64,000 bases of DNA from Porphyridium purpureum (Eukaryota), in the NCBI GenBank assembly GCA_008690995.1, contig VRMN01000013.1, positions 248,001-312,000 of the forward strand, in the 5' to 3' direction. Position numbers and translations under genes: made by a program. Under the pieces are notes generated by a model. That model saw only the letters and a program-made list of their open reading frames with translations, did not search any database and was not told the origin of the DNA. Shown in pieces: positions 50,493 to 62,418 of the stretch. The first letter of the stretch is position 1. The number at the start of each line of letters is the position of its first letter.

Positions 50493-51471
50493 TGTGAAGA
50501 TATCACTGTACACAGCCACCTTATGCAGGAGCCGGAGCACGTGAGGTCGCGAACCGCGACGTGTCCTGTGGATGGCGCGAAAGGCGGAAAGGGCGTGACG
50601 ACCCCTTGCCGTGCTGGCAGGGCGTCGCAACCCGTCCGGGCTGCCGTGCAATTACTCTCGGGGACAAGCACGTCCGCACATGCAGCGCGTGTTGCCTTCA
50701 CCTGCCCTGCAGGGCACACCGTCGCATTATATAAAGAGCGCCTCGCCCCACGATTGCATGCGTAGGGCTTCAGTAAAGGAAGTAAGGTGAATACAGGAGA
50801 ATAGCAGTCTTCACTTGCACATCATCATGGCGCTCACCTTCGGTAACACCATCCCCACGGTTCTTTCGGGCATGCCTGTTCAACAGGTTATGAGCCCAGC
50901 CTTTGTGCTGCGAGCCGATTGTGCGAATTTTCCGAGTTGGTGCGTGAGGGTGAAGTTGCTTCTTTGCGAGAAGGAAGTATGGGAAGTAGCCGTTGGGGGA
51001 AAAACGACTGGTGCGGCGCCCGGAGAAGCGGCGACTGCAGGTGCATCAATGTCGACATCTCGAGACACAGCAGTGGACGCCGTGAAAGATCAGAAGGCGA
51101 AGGGCTTGATTGGATCCATGGTCGATGAGACGCTGATGCACGTTGTGGCCGACTCGGAGACGGCGGCAGAAGCATGGACCAAGCTTGAGAAGATGGCGAA
51201 ATCCGCCGCGCCGGTTTACGAGCGCGAGCTCCGCAAACAGCTCGCTAATTTTGGCCAAAACACCGGCAAGCCGGTTGGGAATTTGCTCGGAATCATGGCA
51301 GTGTTGCGCAGAGAATTGCGTTTGTTGGGTGTGGAACTATCTGAGGCAGAATACGTACAGGCATTGTTCGAAGCACTGCCTGTCGAGTTCGCGGCCACGG
51401 AGCAAGCATGGATATCCGGCGGCGGAAAAGCAAGCGTAGATGAACAGTCGTTGGGTGCGCTATCCATTTAA
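50493..51471 (+). mobile_element. Truncated Ty1/copia LTR retrotransposon: putative 5' LTR (~50493-50885), PBS (50886-50899) and gag fragment
   Basis: TGTGAA...TTCAACA ends, internal TATATAA, GGTTATGAGCCCAG directly after the CA. The LTR left end is tentative; no pol or 3' LTR was seen. Confidence 0.8.
50827..51471 (+). pseudogene. gag: Copia gag (UBN2/Retrotran_gag_2-like), truncated before the zinc knuckle and pol
   Basis: NFPSWCVRVKLLLCEKEVWEV, KDQKAKGLI, TAAEAWTKLE, LFEALPVEF. Confidence 0.82.
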
Positions 51472-51949
51472 AGTAGATCATAATGTATAATATAATCCGC
51501 ATCTAGGGTATCTCGAATCAAATCCAGCATTTCATGCATAGTATACAATTCAATAAGTTTAGAAGGTTTGAACTACTTTACTGTAAAAATCAATGCATTG
51601 TTTAAAACCACAATAAATATTCATGTTGCGTGTGCCTTCTGCTGTTTTCAGTAATTGTGACTAGAATACTGTATCTAGTATGTAACGAAATGTACATTTT
51701 AAATGAAACTCATAATTTCGTGTGTGACATGCAGTCTGATGCGCACAATAGTATGACTAGAAATGTAAGAAGCAATTTTATTTTGTAGTACCGCAGGGGC
51801 TCCTCTTTAATGTGTTCATTAAAATGAAACAACGCGTCGAGATTCTCTGCATAGAATTATGACCAGCACCATTTGGGCTAGTTGGGTTGTCGGTTACCTA
51901 TGCTACATGTAATCGCACTTCGATTCGTCTATTCATGACGCTTGTCTGG

Positions 51950-54900
51950 TTATGATTAGACGTTGTGGTCACCTAGAAAGGTCCTTTGCATGGTTAATCC
52001 TCATAATGTTTCTCGCATCCGCCGCACTTGAGCCCCTCCTTTGAACGCGCCCGTGCAAATGTCGCATCCACACACAAGTCACGTGGCGCCTCAGAAAAGA
52101 TTAGATGCGCACGTAAGCCATTTGACGGAATTTCCAAACGCCATAGGGGCACATGTTCGTATTCGCTCAAACCTGGGTAAAGTCATGAGAAGGCTTTGGT
52201 CCACCTTTCTACGGCTAAACGTTCTCACCGACTCTCAGACTGGGTCGCTTTCGTCTTGCAAGCGGTTACTCCAAACTTTCGATGTTCGTGGAGGTAGTGC
52301 CTGCTAGACATCGCTGCTCTCACCCAGGTGTATGCCCAAACACCATGTTGTGTATGCTGAACAGATTGAACACTAGACGGCTAGATGAGCCTCATCCAAT
52401 GCGTTCTTAAGGGCTTCGTATTCGTGTTGCGTAAAGAAACCGCCAAGCGATTTACGCCTTGCGCCAGGATGGTCCGTGTCAGAGACCCAAATACCGCACC
52501 TTGACCATGCTAGGTTGTGTGGACGATCCTGCAGCTTCTCTTCAGCAAGCTCATTTCAAGCACGGCGCGTAGCGGCTCTACTCTCCTGGCAGCCATAGGA
52601 ATCGCTTTTCCGGTAACGTACCCGACCCATCCTGTGCGCGCACTGCACCTTCCCACAGATCCTAGCTGCAAAGTGTAGGCATAGATTCTCTCTGGCATTC
52701 ATTAAGTGAGGGACCAAATAATCCCCAGATTCACGGTTCCTGGTTCCGACCCATCCGTTTGCGCCCCCGTAAGAAGTGGCATTTCTCAGGTTGGTGGCAC
52801 GACGCACATTATAGTCCGTGCGCCCTTCCGGTCCACTTGTACGTACTTTCGAAGTTTGTCCGCAATATTCTGCCAGACCTGTCCTCTTCTATTATGGGAT
52901 TCATAAGTGAGCTATAAGCCACAATTTGTCTACAAGGGTGCAATCTTTCCGATGCACCAAAAAGCGCCGGCAGCACCCGCGCTTCCCGAAGATACTTCCA
53001 CATGTATAGACGGGAAACGCACTTCATCAGTGGACATTTGGTTACTCTTGGGCCTATTAGTGTCAATGGATCCGTTTGCCTTGAACAAGGTTCCTGAGGC
53101 TGACCGTAAAGCTGCAGAATTGTCGGTCTTACGCTTCAATGACACTATCCGGTCTTTAACTGATAAGGGTTGCTTCCATTGCCACAGCGTGATAGTGCTT
53201 TTTCCGAACAATCTCTGATCCGAGACAGCTTGCCGAATGGATTTTGGAATCATCCGCTCCGTGTATGTCATGAAGGGACTTCTTCCAAAAGCAATACCCG
53301 AGTTTCCGTTTTCATTAGTCCACCTCTGAAAGTGGCCAGGAGCCCACAAGCTTAGTGCTTGTACAAGACAGAAACCCGTGGGCTACGTTTGTAGTTTTCA
53401 ATCTGCATGTACTTGAAGCTGGTTCTTGTCAGTAACACCATCGTCGCATATGATGAATCAAGCAGGCATTAACTAGTATCAAGACAGGCGTGCAGTGTGT
53501 TCTTTTCTTGCAATCTTTTAAAATTGCCACAGTTTCTTCCTTGCCTTTCTTCGTTTCACCGTGTTATATCCTGACTTATTATTTGGTCACGCGATGAGGG
53601 CGGCCCTTCAGATTAATCTGAGGGGATGTCCTTTCACCATCACTGTCGCTGGCATTCGCTAGATGCCCCCTGCTTGCATCATCACGCGTCATAGGCGTGC
53701 GCTGTATTGTTTTCTTGATGTGCGACGGGCCGATACTCAGGACCTTGCTATAAAACGACTAAAAGCACTCCTCATAGAACCACTGCATATCCCTCGCATG
53801 AGCCTCTCTATTTCTGTCCGTGTGCCTTATACTTGTATGTGCAATACGATCCAAACCACAACAGTTCCGCCGATCAGAATTGCTTGAAGTCTCAATCTCA
53901 TAGAGTTCGGCGCTCTTTTAGAGCCTGAAACATTAGGCCACAGGTCTTCACTCACAAAGCCCGAGTGATGATCCCAATGGGGTGGCTCTTGAGCAAATCC
54001 CTGCGAAGGCCGTGCTTGTTCGGATGCAAAAGCCTCTTCCCGTTTGAACCATTAGGCATGAACAAAATCCGACACTTGATTATCACGTGGATCGTATGGA
54101 AACGACTTTTTGTTACTGTTTGCAATGTAAAGTGCACTTCATGTTCGAGCTCAGAAATGCAAACCCATAAGCCGAGTTTCTGTGATTCCCTGTTTGTTCA
54201 GTACGAGTTCGTGAAGCCCCACCTCCCCATTTCGCGGCGTAATCGTGCCTTCACAAGATTCGCCACAGTCTAAGCATGCTAAAACAGGAAACACGTACCT
54301 GTTTCATGCTAATGTCCTTCTTCTCTATCGGTCCTAACTATCTGAGTAGAAGGTAGTCCGACCACAAAACAGGTGCCATCATCTGGAAAGTCATTCGACC
54401 ACACGTCATGAAATGCGTTAAGATGTCGCCCATTGTGCAAAGTGTACAAAGCCCTTGCAATTTCCGCTAACATGAAGCGTCAACATCGACAGCATTCAGG
54501 CTGAACTTTCGTACCTGTACATCATTTCTTTTGACCCAACCAACACAAACCAGAATCCTAAGTGCTGGCTTTTGACACATTCATCCCGTCAACGGAGACT
54601 AATTCCGCCCATACCTCTTTCTTGCAGTCAGGACTGTCGGTACTGTTTGGAAGCAGATGTGAGTTCTCACGGAACAACGTCTAGGCTTTGTACTTGAACA
54701 AGACAATGCAATCAGTACAGATTCAGTAAAGCCTGTAGCATCCATGATGGTCAAAGAAAGAATACTAGAAAGACGCTTCTCCACTCTATTTGCAACCCTT
54801 TGCGTATTGTCCTCAGCCACCGAACAAGGCTAGCACAATTTAGTCACAGGGTCGTTTCCGGATCACATTGAGTCGTGTACCTTTCACTTTGGGGTACGTT

Positions 54901-55470
54901 CGTAAAACACTTTTAGCTCCAAGCTGGTGAGATTATGCTGAATCTTTCATGAAATGAATCCACGGAAATGGCAAAAAGTACAGGGTCCATATCATACGAG
55001 CGCTCATGTAATGCTGGTGAGCAAACGTGTTGCAGATTCAAACAAGTTATGCTTTGCGAAACGCCAGGCGAGTGATCGATATCCAGATGCATGCCGGTGA
55101 TTCGTTTAGTCCCCGGATGAAGCAAAACACGGCACCAGCTTCTCGCTTCTGTCAGTTTAGACGCGCAGTCGATCCCGTGCCTTTGAAGTCTATGTTTTGT
55201 TGATATTTTTCACGTCATGAAAAGTCTACCCAGTCGCTCATGTTGGGCGTCGCTGTTCACCCTTATATGTCCGCACGGGCGTCCCATAAATCCTTCGTCA
55301 CCTTTCAGCTTTCTTCTTTCGGGGCGTCCACCCTTTCCCCAACTTCCTGCGCGGCGTGATTCACACTTTATATCGAAGATACGGCATTTGAATAGGTAAT
55401 TGGAAATAATTCTCTTTCTCACGCGTTTGGCACGTTCATCTGCATTCCTATTGAGATCAGTGAAAATCAA
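51950..55470 (-). pseudogene. Unidentified decayed coding-like region of lower GC
   Basis: Chains of minus-strand ORF fragments broken by stops and frameshifts (55470-55210 continues in frame into 55125-54913; also 53349-52930); no motif recognised. Confidence 0.3.
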
Positions 55471-55772
55471 TTGTTATGTAATTCATTTGTATGTATTCTT
55501 CGGGAAAGCACTAAAGCAGCTTGTGAGAAAAAAAAAATGAACGCAATTTGATATGTCCTAGTCGTGTGTCCGCCAGTGACTCATCGACTTGAAAACATTT
55601 GGCGCGCAAGCTTATTGTGCAAATCGAGTTGCCTGTACCCCCATGTGTTCTGTACAAACTGGGCGCAGAGAACAAGTCGAGAACAAAAGTGTGGCGGACT
55701 TTGTGCAAGTTCTGTGCTGAAGCAAACGCATTCTGGATATAGAGATCAAGAGTCGTACAGAGAGAAGCCACG

Positions 55773-58049
55773 ATGGGCAGAGGCCGCAATCCACGTCGCG
55801 TTGCGGCTGGTCTGCCCAAGAGCGATGATGCGAAAAAAAATCGAATTGCCTCGGTTCTGCCAGCCAAGAATGATGAAGCGGGTTGGTCTGGAGTGCGTCG
55901 TTCAAACAAGGTGTCAGAGATGGGTCGAAACCGCAAGCGCAAAACACGAAACGAGGACGAGATCGAAGATTCAGATGGCTCGCTGCACAGTTGCTCCCGT
56001 GCTGAAGCTCAGCAGCGAGCTGAGGAGCATCAAGCGGCCGCACGGCGAGCTCCGGAAATGTCCGTTGCCGAAACTCGAAGTGTACGGAATCCAGAGGCTG
56101 AAACCCGGGCTATCGAGGATACCAGGGCCGAAGAGCGAGTGCGTGAGTGCGCCGGTTCCGAGCAGGCCGATGAACAAGACATTGAAGATGACAAGCATTC
56201 AAGTGCTGCTGTCTGTGTCCAATTGCAAACTTGCCGTACCAAGTACGTGAAGCGCTCGAATGACGTAGTAGGACGTTCGAAGCGGGGACTCAAGTCATTC
56301 GCTACCGTTCGAGGTCTTGTGCGTCGTGGCATTGTACCGGCCCGAGGAACCTGCACAGACCTTCTGTTTGAAGGCGGTATCGACAAAGGCAACCTCGACC
56401 ATTTGCTCCAAGCAAGTCTTGTCCACGATTGGCATGCAATAGAGCGTGCCATTGTAGTAGTCGATGGTCGCGGGACATTGAATCAATCGTATACAGTGGA
56501 GAATTTGTCTCCCGATGCGCTGACGCGAAAACTTGATTCAGAAGTGTCGCGGATTAGAAGTTCCACTGCTTGGCGGATGGAAGAGCCACAAGAGCGGTCC
56601 GATCACGCGCATGGTCTTGGATTTGCTTTTCAAGGAGTACCGGCCGCTATTTTACCATCTCTACAATCAGAGACCATGGCTCGTGATGTACAGCTTTCAA
56701 ACGCCTTGCACGCAAGTTATAATGGAGCGCGGTGCGTGGCATTGACAAGGATTCGCCGAGGAATGGTGTTGGCAGCCCGCGAGGTTTGGGGTGATGAAGA
56801 ATTGCACGTTCCAAAAATCGACGGTATTCCCGCGTTGCGACAGATTGTGCTGGCAGGCACTTTGCGCCTCGCACTCTTTCCCAATTCGCTCCAGTGGCAA
56901 GCGCATGTTAGAACACTACTGTCCATCAAAAGCGCGCATGTGGCGACATATCTCGATCAGCAAGTAAGCGCGGTTCAAGCCGGACAGAAACACGTGATTG
57001 GCGGGATAGAGAGATCAGGCGACGGAGCGTCACAAAGTGGCAGTATGATCACGCGCGGAGCAGGAGTCACGGTGGTCGCGGCACAAGAATCATCCGCGTC
57101 GGAAGTCGAATACGATAGCGCATTACAAACAAGTGCCACGGTTGAGCAGTCATCTTCTGCAAATGTGCGGCATGTAACCACAGCAGGCTTGGAAGTACGA
57201 CGCCAGGATAGAGCGTATGAGGAGAGCCCATCTGACTACTGCGTCCGTATCCAGACTATCTTGGACATATTTTACGTGATATACAGTGCCATGACTCATC
57301 TTATTGCCGAAGACTTCACAGGCTTTCATGTGGACCGTATCTACAATGCGTTTCTGCGTAATTGCGACGACTTGCCGATGATCGGACATGCAGGAGAGCG
57401 CGGTGCATTTGGTTCGACAGGGCAGCCGTACATGTGGAGTGTGCCAGTCATGGAGCGTATGCTGTTTGAACCAGACAATCCGGCGCAGATGTCCATGCGC
57501 ACGATTGGAGTGAACCTGGAAGTTTTAGCCATGGCACAGCTACGCAGTATTTTCATTGTGACGGTTCGAAAGAGCGCAATGGAGCACGAAAGTGACACGT
57601 CTAACCCTGAAGACATTGTGTCGTGGGAATGGAAGACCGACAAGCCTCCGTGGAACCATCGCATAAGCTGGACAGACGCCAGCGTTAAATGCGATGGAAC
57701 GCACGGGTATACAGCCCTAAAGATACAGATTAGAAAGCAACGCAGGGAGCTGCTTCAGCAGCTACGAGTGCACGGTATTCCAATTGAAGAAAACGGTCAC
57801 GTCGTGAAAGAGTTGCAGCACGTGGCAGACTTGACAGAAGTCAAGCGTCGATTGTGCTTAGCGATTCAAAATGTCCGCAAACGAGTCCGCCCAAACCATG
57901 CAGGACTCGAGGACAATGCAGATGGGTCGACAGAACCGAACAGTGATCAGCCTATGCACGTTAAAAAGAGGCAGGAAGAAGACGCTCTGAGTGCGTTGCA
58001 GAAAGCGTGGTACGATAGTGTACGCGATTACCCGCCAACAGAATCATGA
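55773..58049 (+). CDS. Hypothetical 758-aa protein (basic N-terminus, acidic linker), no recognised domain
   Basis: Long uninterrupted ATG ORF in a region otherwise full of stops. Confidence 0.6.
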   Translation: MGRGRNPRRVAAGLPKSDDAKKNRIASVLPAKNDEAGWSGVRRSNKVSEMGRNRKRKTRNEDEIEDSDGSLHSCSRAEAQQRAEEHQAAARRAPEMSVAETRSVRNPEAETRAIEDTRAEERVRECAGSEQADEQDIEDDKHSSAAVCVQLQTCRTKYVKRSNDVVGRSKRGLKSFATVRGLVRRGIVPARGTCTDLLFEGGIDKGNLDHLLQASLVHDWHAIERAIVVVDGRGTLNQSYTVENLSPDALTRKLDSEVSRIRSSTAWRMEEPQERSDHAHGLGFAFQGVPAAILPSLQSETMARDVQLSNALHASYNGARCVALTRIRRGMVLAAREVWGDEELHVPKIDGIPALRQIVLAGTLRLALFPNSLQWQAHVRTLLSIKSAHVATYLDQQVSAVQAGQKHVIGGIERSGDGASQSGSMITRGAGVTVVAAQESSASEVEYDSALQTSATVEQSSSANVRHVTTAGLEVRRQDRAYEESPSDYCVRIQTILDIFYVIYSAMTHLIAEDFTGFHVDRIYNAFLRNCDDLPMIGHAGERGAFGSTGQPYMWSVPVMERMLFEPDNPAQMSMRTIGVNLEVLAMAQLRSIFIVTVRKSAMEHESDTSNPEDIVSWEWKTDKPPWNHRISWTDASVKCDGTHGYTALKIQIRKQRRELLQQLRVHGIPIEENGHVVKELQHVADLTEVKRRLCLAIQNVRKRVRPNHAGLEDNADGSTEPNSDQPMHVKKRQEEDALSALQKAWYDSVRDYPPTES

Positions 58050-58229
58050 AAGGGGCAAGTGAATACCGTTCCTGCAAGTTAAATTGCTCGTGCACAAAAG
58101 TACTTTGCAATTGCATAGGGTCAACGGGTTGCTGCGGACGTCCGGCAAAGGCGCAACCATTGCTTGCAGCATTGGACTTCTCCGTTGACAAAAACAATGC
58201 GAGGAGCGCTCCGTGTCCGACGGATACGT

Positions 58230-59220
58230 GCCCAGGTAAGCTTCGACGCGTTTGCCGAGCTCGAATTGTTCCACTGGTGTGAGCACGCCCTTGCAAGCAA
58301 AGCCTATACTCTGCACGATAAAGCTGGCCAATTGCGGCGAAATTATGGCTCGCGAATAGGCCAGCAGGCGACACGTGATCTTGTTTAGTACACCATGCAA
58401 AACGTGGTCACGCAGCAGTACGTGGCCATTGCACTCAAACTCGTCCACGCCAATTGCACCGATTTTGCCAGACTTGAAGTCTCGCACTACAGCAACTGCA
58501 TCCGTGAATCCAACTCGGTTCGTGTTTTCTAGGACCACGCCGCCTTCGAGTGTTGCAATCGCTGCGTCGTTGATCGTGAACACGGTGTCTCCACCAAAGG
58601 AGCGTGCCGCAAAATGATGTCGAACCTCAGGCGCAGGGCATCAAGACTCACCGATTCAAACCAGCTCGACAGTGTGCGAAGACTCAATCGCATGGTGAAT
58701 CAAAGTTTTGCTGACTTATTCCGCCAGAATCAATACCACATGCGTTCACGCAGTCAGTGCACGGAAGACGGCACGTCTTGTCTCCCACTTCCTGCCCGCT
58801 CGGTAGCACAAACGTCAAATTTGCCTCTGCCCGCGCGTCCACACGCTTGTGGCACATTGCGGTGCAGGTTCATGACACGGGGAGCGTGAGCTGTGCTACT
58901 GCCACGTTCAATACACAAGTAACGCGACTTGGCTGCATGTGGCGAGAGTGCGCAGTTTCGTAATTGAATTGCAGTACGTCCAACAGTGACGGATGGCGCA
59001 TTGCGATCACCTTCATGACAAACTCACAGGGCACGCGCAAAGAGACCGCATTCTGTATGTTGGTACAACATATACTCATCGCGCGCACGCCCTGGTGGAT
59101 TTGTATTTTGGCGCATCACCGCAGCAAAAACGACAAGTGGTTATCGCAGTCGATGTCCAACGTGCCAAACGTGTCGTCCAGCGACTCGATTTCTGGTGCG
59201 ACCGTGCTAAAGATCACGCA
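58230..59220 (-). pseudogene. D-lactate / D-2-hydroxyacid dehydrogenase pseudogene
   Basis: Colinear fragments across frames: VIFSTVAPE, KVIAMRH, AVAQ, MNLHRNVPQA..GKF, GQEVGDKT, SVSLDAL..FDIILRHAPL, INDAAIATLEGGVVLENTNR..FKSGKIGAIGVDEFE, RLLAYSRAIISPQLA. Contains a stop and several frameshifts. Confidence 0.78.
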
Positions 59221-59243
59221 GTGTGTGATTGTAGCGCAGTCGC

Positions 59244-59290
59244 GTCACTGCTCGGTCGCCTCTAGTCACTGCTCGGTCGCCTCTAGTCAC
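59244..59290. repeat. 21-bp direct tandem duplication (GTCACTGCTCGGTCGCCTCTA)x2
   Basis: Read directly. Confidence 0.9.
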
Positions 59291-59373
59291 AAACAAGAAG
59301 AAACACAGCTTTCGAGTGTTGTGCTGGCCGTGCGCGCCATCATGCACACTTGCTGTATGATGCAATAGTGAAG

Positions 59374-62300
59374 ATGTCACGCTGCGTTGCACACTGCTGC
59401 CGATATTCGTGTGGTTTATGGCGCGAATGCCGTCTCAGACTAGATGACAGACAGGATGCGCGAGCGATCGAGTCACTATGGACTGTTGAGGTTCGTGCAC
59501 GCCTATACGCGCGGAGAAATCGGCCCAATAGGGTCTGTATGGAATGGAGACAGATGTATTTGCGCGACGATTTACCATGTCACGCGAGCGCGTGCGACGC
59601 ATGCGCAACGCTGCCGGAGTACGGCGCTGCGTTGGGTCGCATCTCGGCGTCGGTGGCCGTGTGCTTTGTTCCAGACGCGTTGGTACTCTTGTACCAAATG
59701 GATTTACTTGAGAGCGATGTGTCGCCGCTCATGGACGAACTGCTCCTTCTCCAGAGCGTGCTTAGCGCGGTTCTGACGCGCTCGGCCAAGATGTGGGTGC
59801 GTGCACGTGATTTGACAACGGGTGAAAAGAGCACGGCCCTGTCGGACGAGCAGATGGGCTGGTCTGGTTCCGCCGCTCTAAAACGAAAGCTCAAGCTGTA
59901 GAAAGGAAGAGGAAGCAGTTTGCGCTCTTCTCGAACGAGCATCACGTCCATACTTACTTGGATCGACTCCCGCACGAGTCTGACATTGAATATGACCGTA
60001 GACGGCTCACAGAGACCGTCAAGTTTCTCCGAACGCATTGGCAACCCTTCGGCCTCATCCCGATAATCCTAACGAATAGTGTGGCGTTTGAGCGTGAAGC
60101 TCCGGTCAAGTATGGCGGCGACGTGACGGTCATGTCGATACGCACCCTGGTAGACAAGTACTCAAAACGATACTCGCGATTGGTCGAGCTGTGCGCATTA
60201 GGGAACGCAGAGGATGATGAGGCCCTTGAGGAGGAAGGCGGTGAGCTCGACGACGAGGAGCTATTATCCAAAAAACGCCGTACGCTTTTCGCAGAGCACA
60301 TCTCGGAACTTGCAGCTTTAGAAGGGCTTCAGTCGGGCCGCTATGTGGAAGGCACGTTTCGCTCTAGTCCTTATAACCTCCTTGAGGCGTCTGTGTCGGT
60401 CGCACTCCATAAGAAGTCAAATCCTGATGACCGGACCACCATCATGCTCATTGGAAAAAGCAGTCACAACCGCGCATTTGACGGCGACCGCGTGGTAATC
60501 GAGCTGCTTGATCGCAGCGAGTGGAAAACGGTTTCTGATCGTATTGTGGAGCAGGAGGCAGCACAGGACAAGGAAAGTGACGATGGCGATACGAACGGCA
60601 TCTCGCATGATCAAGTTCGCAAGGATGCCACGCCATCGGGCCGCGTGGTACGAGTCAGCCAGCGAAAGTGGCAGTCATGTAGTGGTTCGCTGCAACAATC
60701 TTCGCATTCCGGAGGAGGCAACGCTCTTTTTGTTCCGGCGGATCGAAAGATTCCTTTGGTTCGTGTTCTGTCGGCGAGAATCCGAAATCTTTTCGAAAAG
60801 CGATTGATTGTTGCTGTCGATAGTTGGAGCCGGTTTAGCGCAAATCCTTCAGGTCATGTGGTGCAGGAGATTGGCAGCAGTGGCGATAAGAATGCGGAAA
60901 CTGAAGTAATTCTCATAGAGAGTAGCGTACCGCACCGCAAGTTCAGCAAGGCCGCACTGGACTGCTTGCCTGACGGAGAAAAGTGGGCGGTGTCGGAGGA
61001 GCACATCCACAAACGCTGGGATTTAAAAAGCAAACCCATCGCCAGTGTGGACCCGCCGGAATGTACTGACATTGACGACGCTCTGCATTGCGTCAGTTTG
61101 CCTGATGGCGAGGGATATGAAGTGGGGATCCACATCGCCGATGTCACTGCGTTTGTGCAGCACGGAAGCGCTCTAGATATGGAAGCCGCTGAGCGCGGGA
61201 CCACGGTTTACCTCGTTGACCGACGCTTCGAAATGCTGCCCGCGATGCTAACATCCAACTTTTGTTCTCTTGTTGGAGGAGTGGAGCGGCTCGCCTTCTC
61301 GGTGATTTTGGTGATGGACAAGGACGCCAACGTGTTATCAGCCGAGTTTGGGCGCTCTGTGATCAAATCACGGCGCGCAATGACGTACGAACAGGCACAG
61401 AACATGCTCGATGGAATTCGGTCTAAACGCGATCACGCTGACGAGTTGGGAAATTCTCTGTTGGGGCTCGCGTCGCTCGCTGAGAAACTTCGGCAAAGAC
61501 GCACCGACGCCGGAGCTCTGTCGTTGGCGTCGCCTGAAGTCTCTTTTGAGTTAGAGGCTGAGACAAACGATGTGACTGATGTGAAGTTCTACCAAATCCG
61601 CGAGACAAATAAGATGGTCGAGGAGTTTATGTTGCTTTCAAACATTCAGGTGGCGGAAAAGATTCTGAAGCATTTCCCGAAATGCAGCCTGCTGCGACAC
61701 CACCCGAAACCGACAGATGAGATGTTTGAGCCGCTGCTGAAAACGGCGGCGGCTTACGGCATCGAGTTGGACGTGTCTAGCAACAAAACACTGAATGAAT
61801 CGCTGAATCGCGTCGAGCTCGCGTTTGGAAAGAAGGATCCGTACCTCTCGACGCTTCTCCGCATGTTGACCACATGGCGCATGTCACAAGCGGTCTACTT
61901 CAGTTCTGGCGAGCTAGGATATTCGGACTACTTGCACTATGGCCTTGCAGCACCTGTGTGCACACATTTCACCTCACCGATTCGGCGCTACGCGGATGTG
62001 ATTGTCCATCGACAACTGCAGGCATGCATCGGCTACTCGGCGTTACCAGAGGTGCTGTACGATTCGAAGCACATTAAGGGGTTTTCCAATGTGATGAATG
62101 AGCTTAACCGCAGCGCACAATATGCACCGCGTAAATCAGTCCACTTGCACACGCTGATGTTCTTTCGGCACAAGGCGATGCGACAGCAAGCGCGCACTGC
62201 GCGCATGCAGAGAATAGCCTGGTAGGTTTGATCTCCACAGCCAGACTGGAGGGAATTCTGTACTTGGATGAGAAGCGCACGCAACGTCTCGCGCACGGTG

Positions 62301-62418
62301 GCCATTCGGTTCAGTACGAGCAGGGTAGTGAATCAATGTCATGCAGACGGTTGACGTGATAGTGTCAGTCGACAAGGTTCCTGACCGTGAAGGCCGCGTC
62401 GAGTTCCAGTTTGCATAA
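59374..62418 (+). pseudogene. DIS3: DIS3/RRP44 exosome exoribonuclease, disrupted copy (main ORF 59958-62225)
   Basis: CR3 YLRDDLPC..C..C; PIN VPDAL, FSNEHH; NRAFDGD; RNB SVDPPECTDIDDALH, VEEFML, HYGLA, THFTSPIRRYADVIVHR. Frame break near 59.9 kb (or 80-nt intron 59822-59901) and two frameshifts in the S1 domain. Confidence 0.85.

Noticed and set aside
58046..58282. Cys-rich small ORF (possible zinc finger)
   Set aside because: No consistent zinc-finger spacing, and it overlaps the antisense tail of the D-LDH relic.
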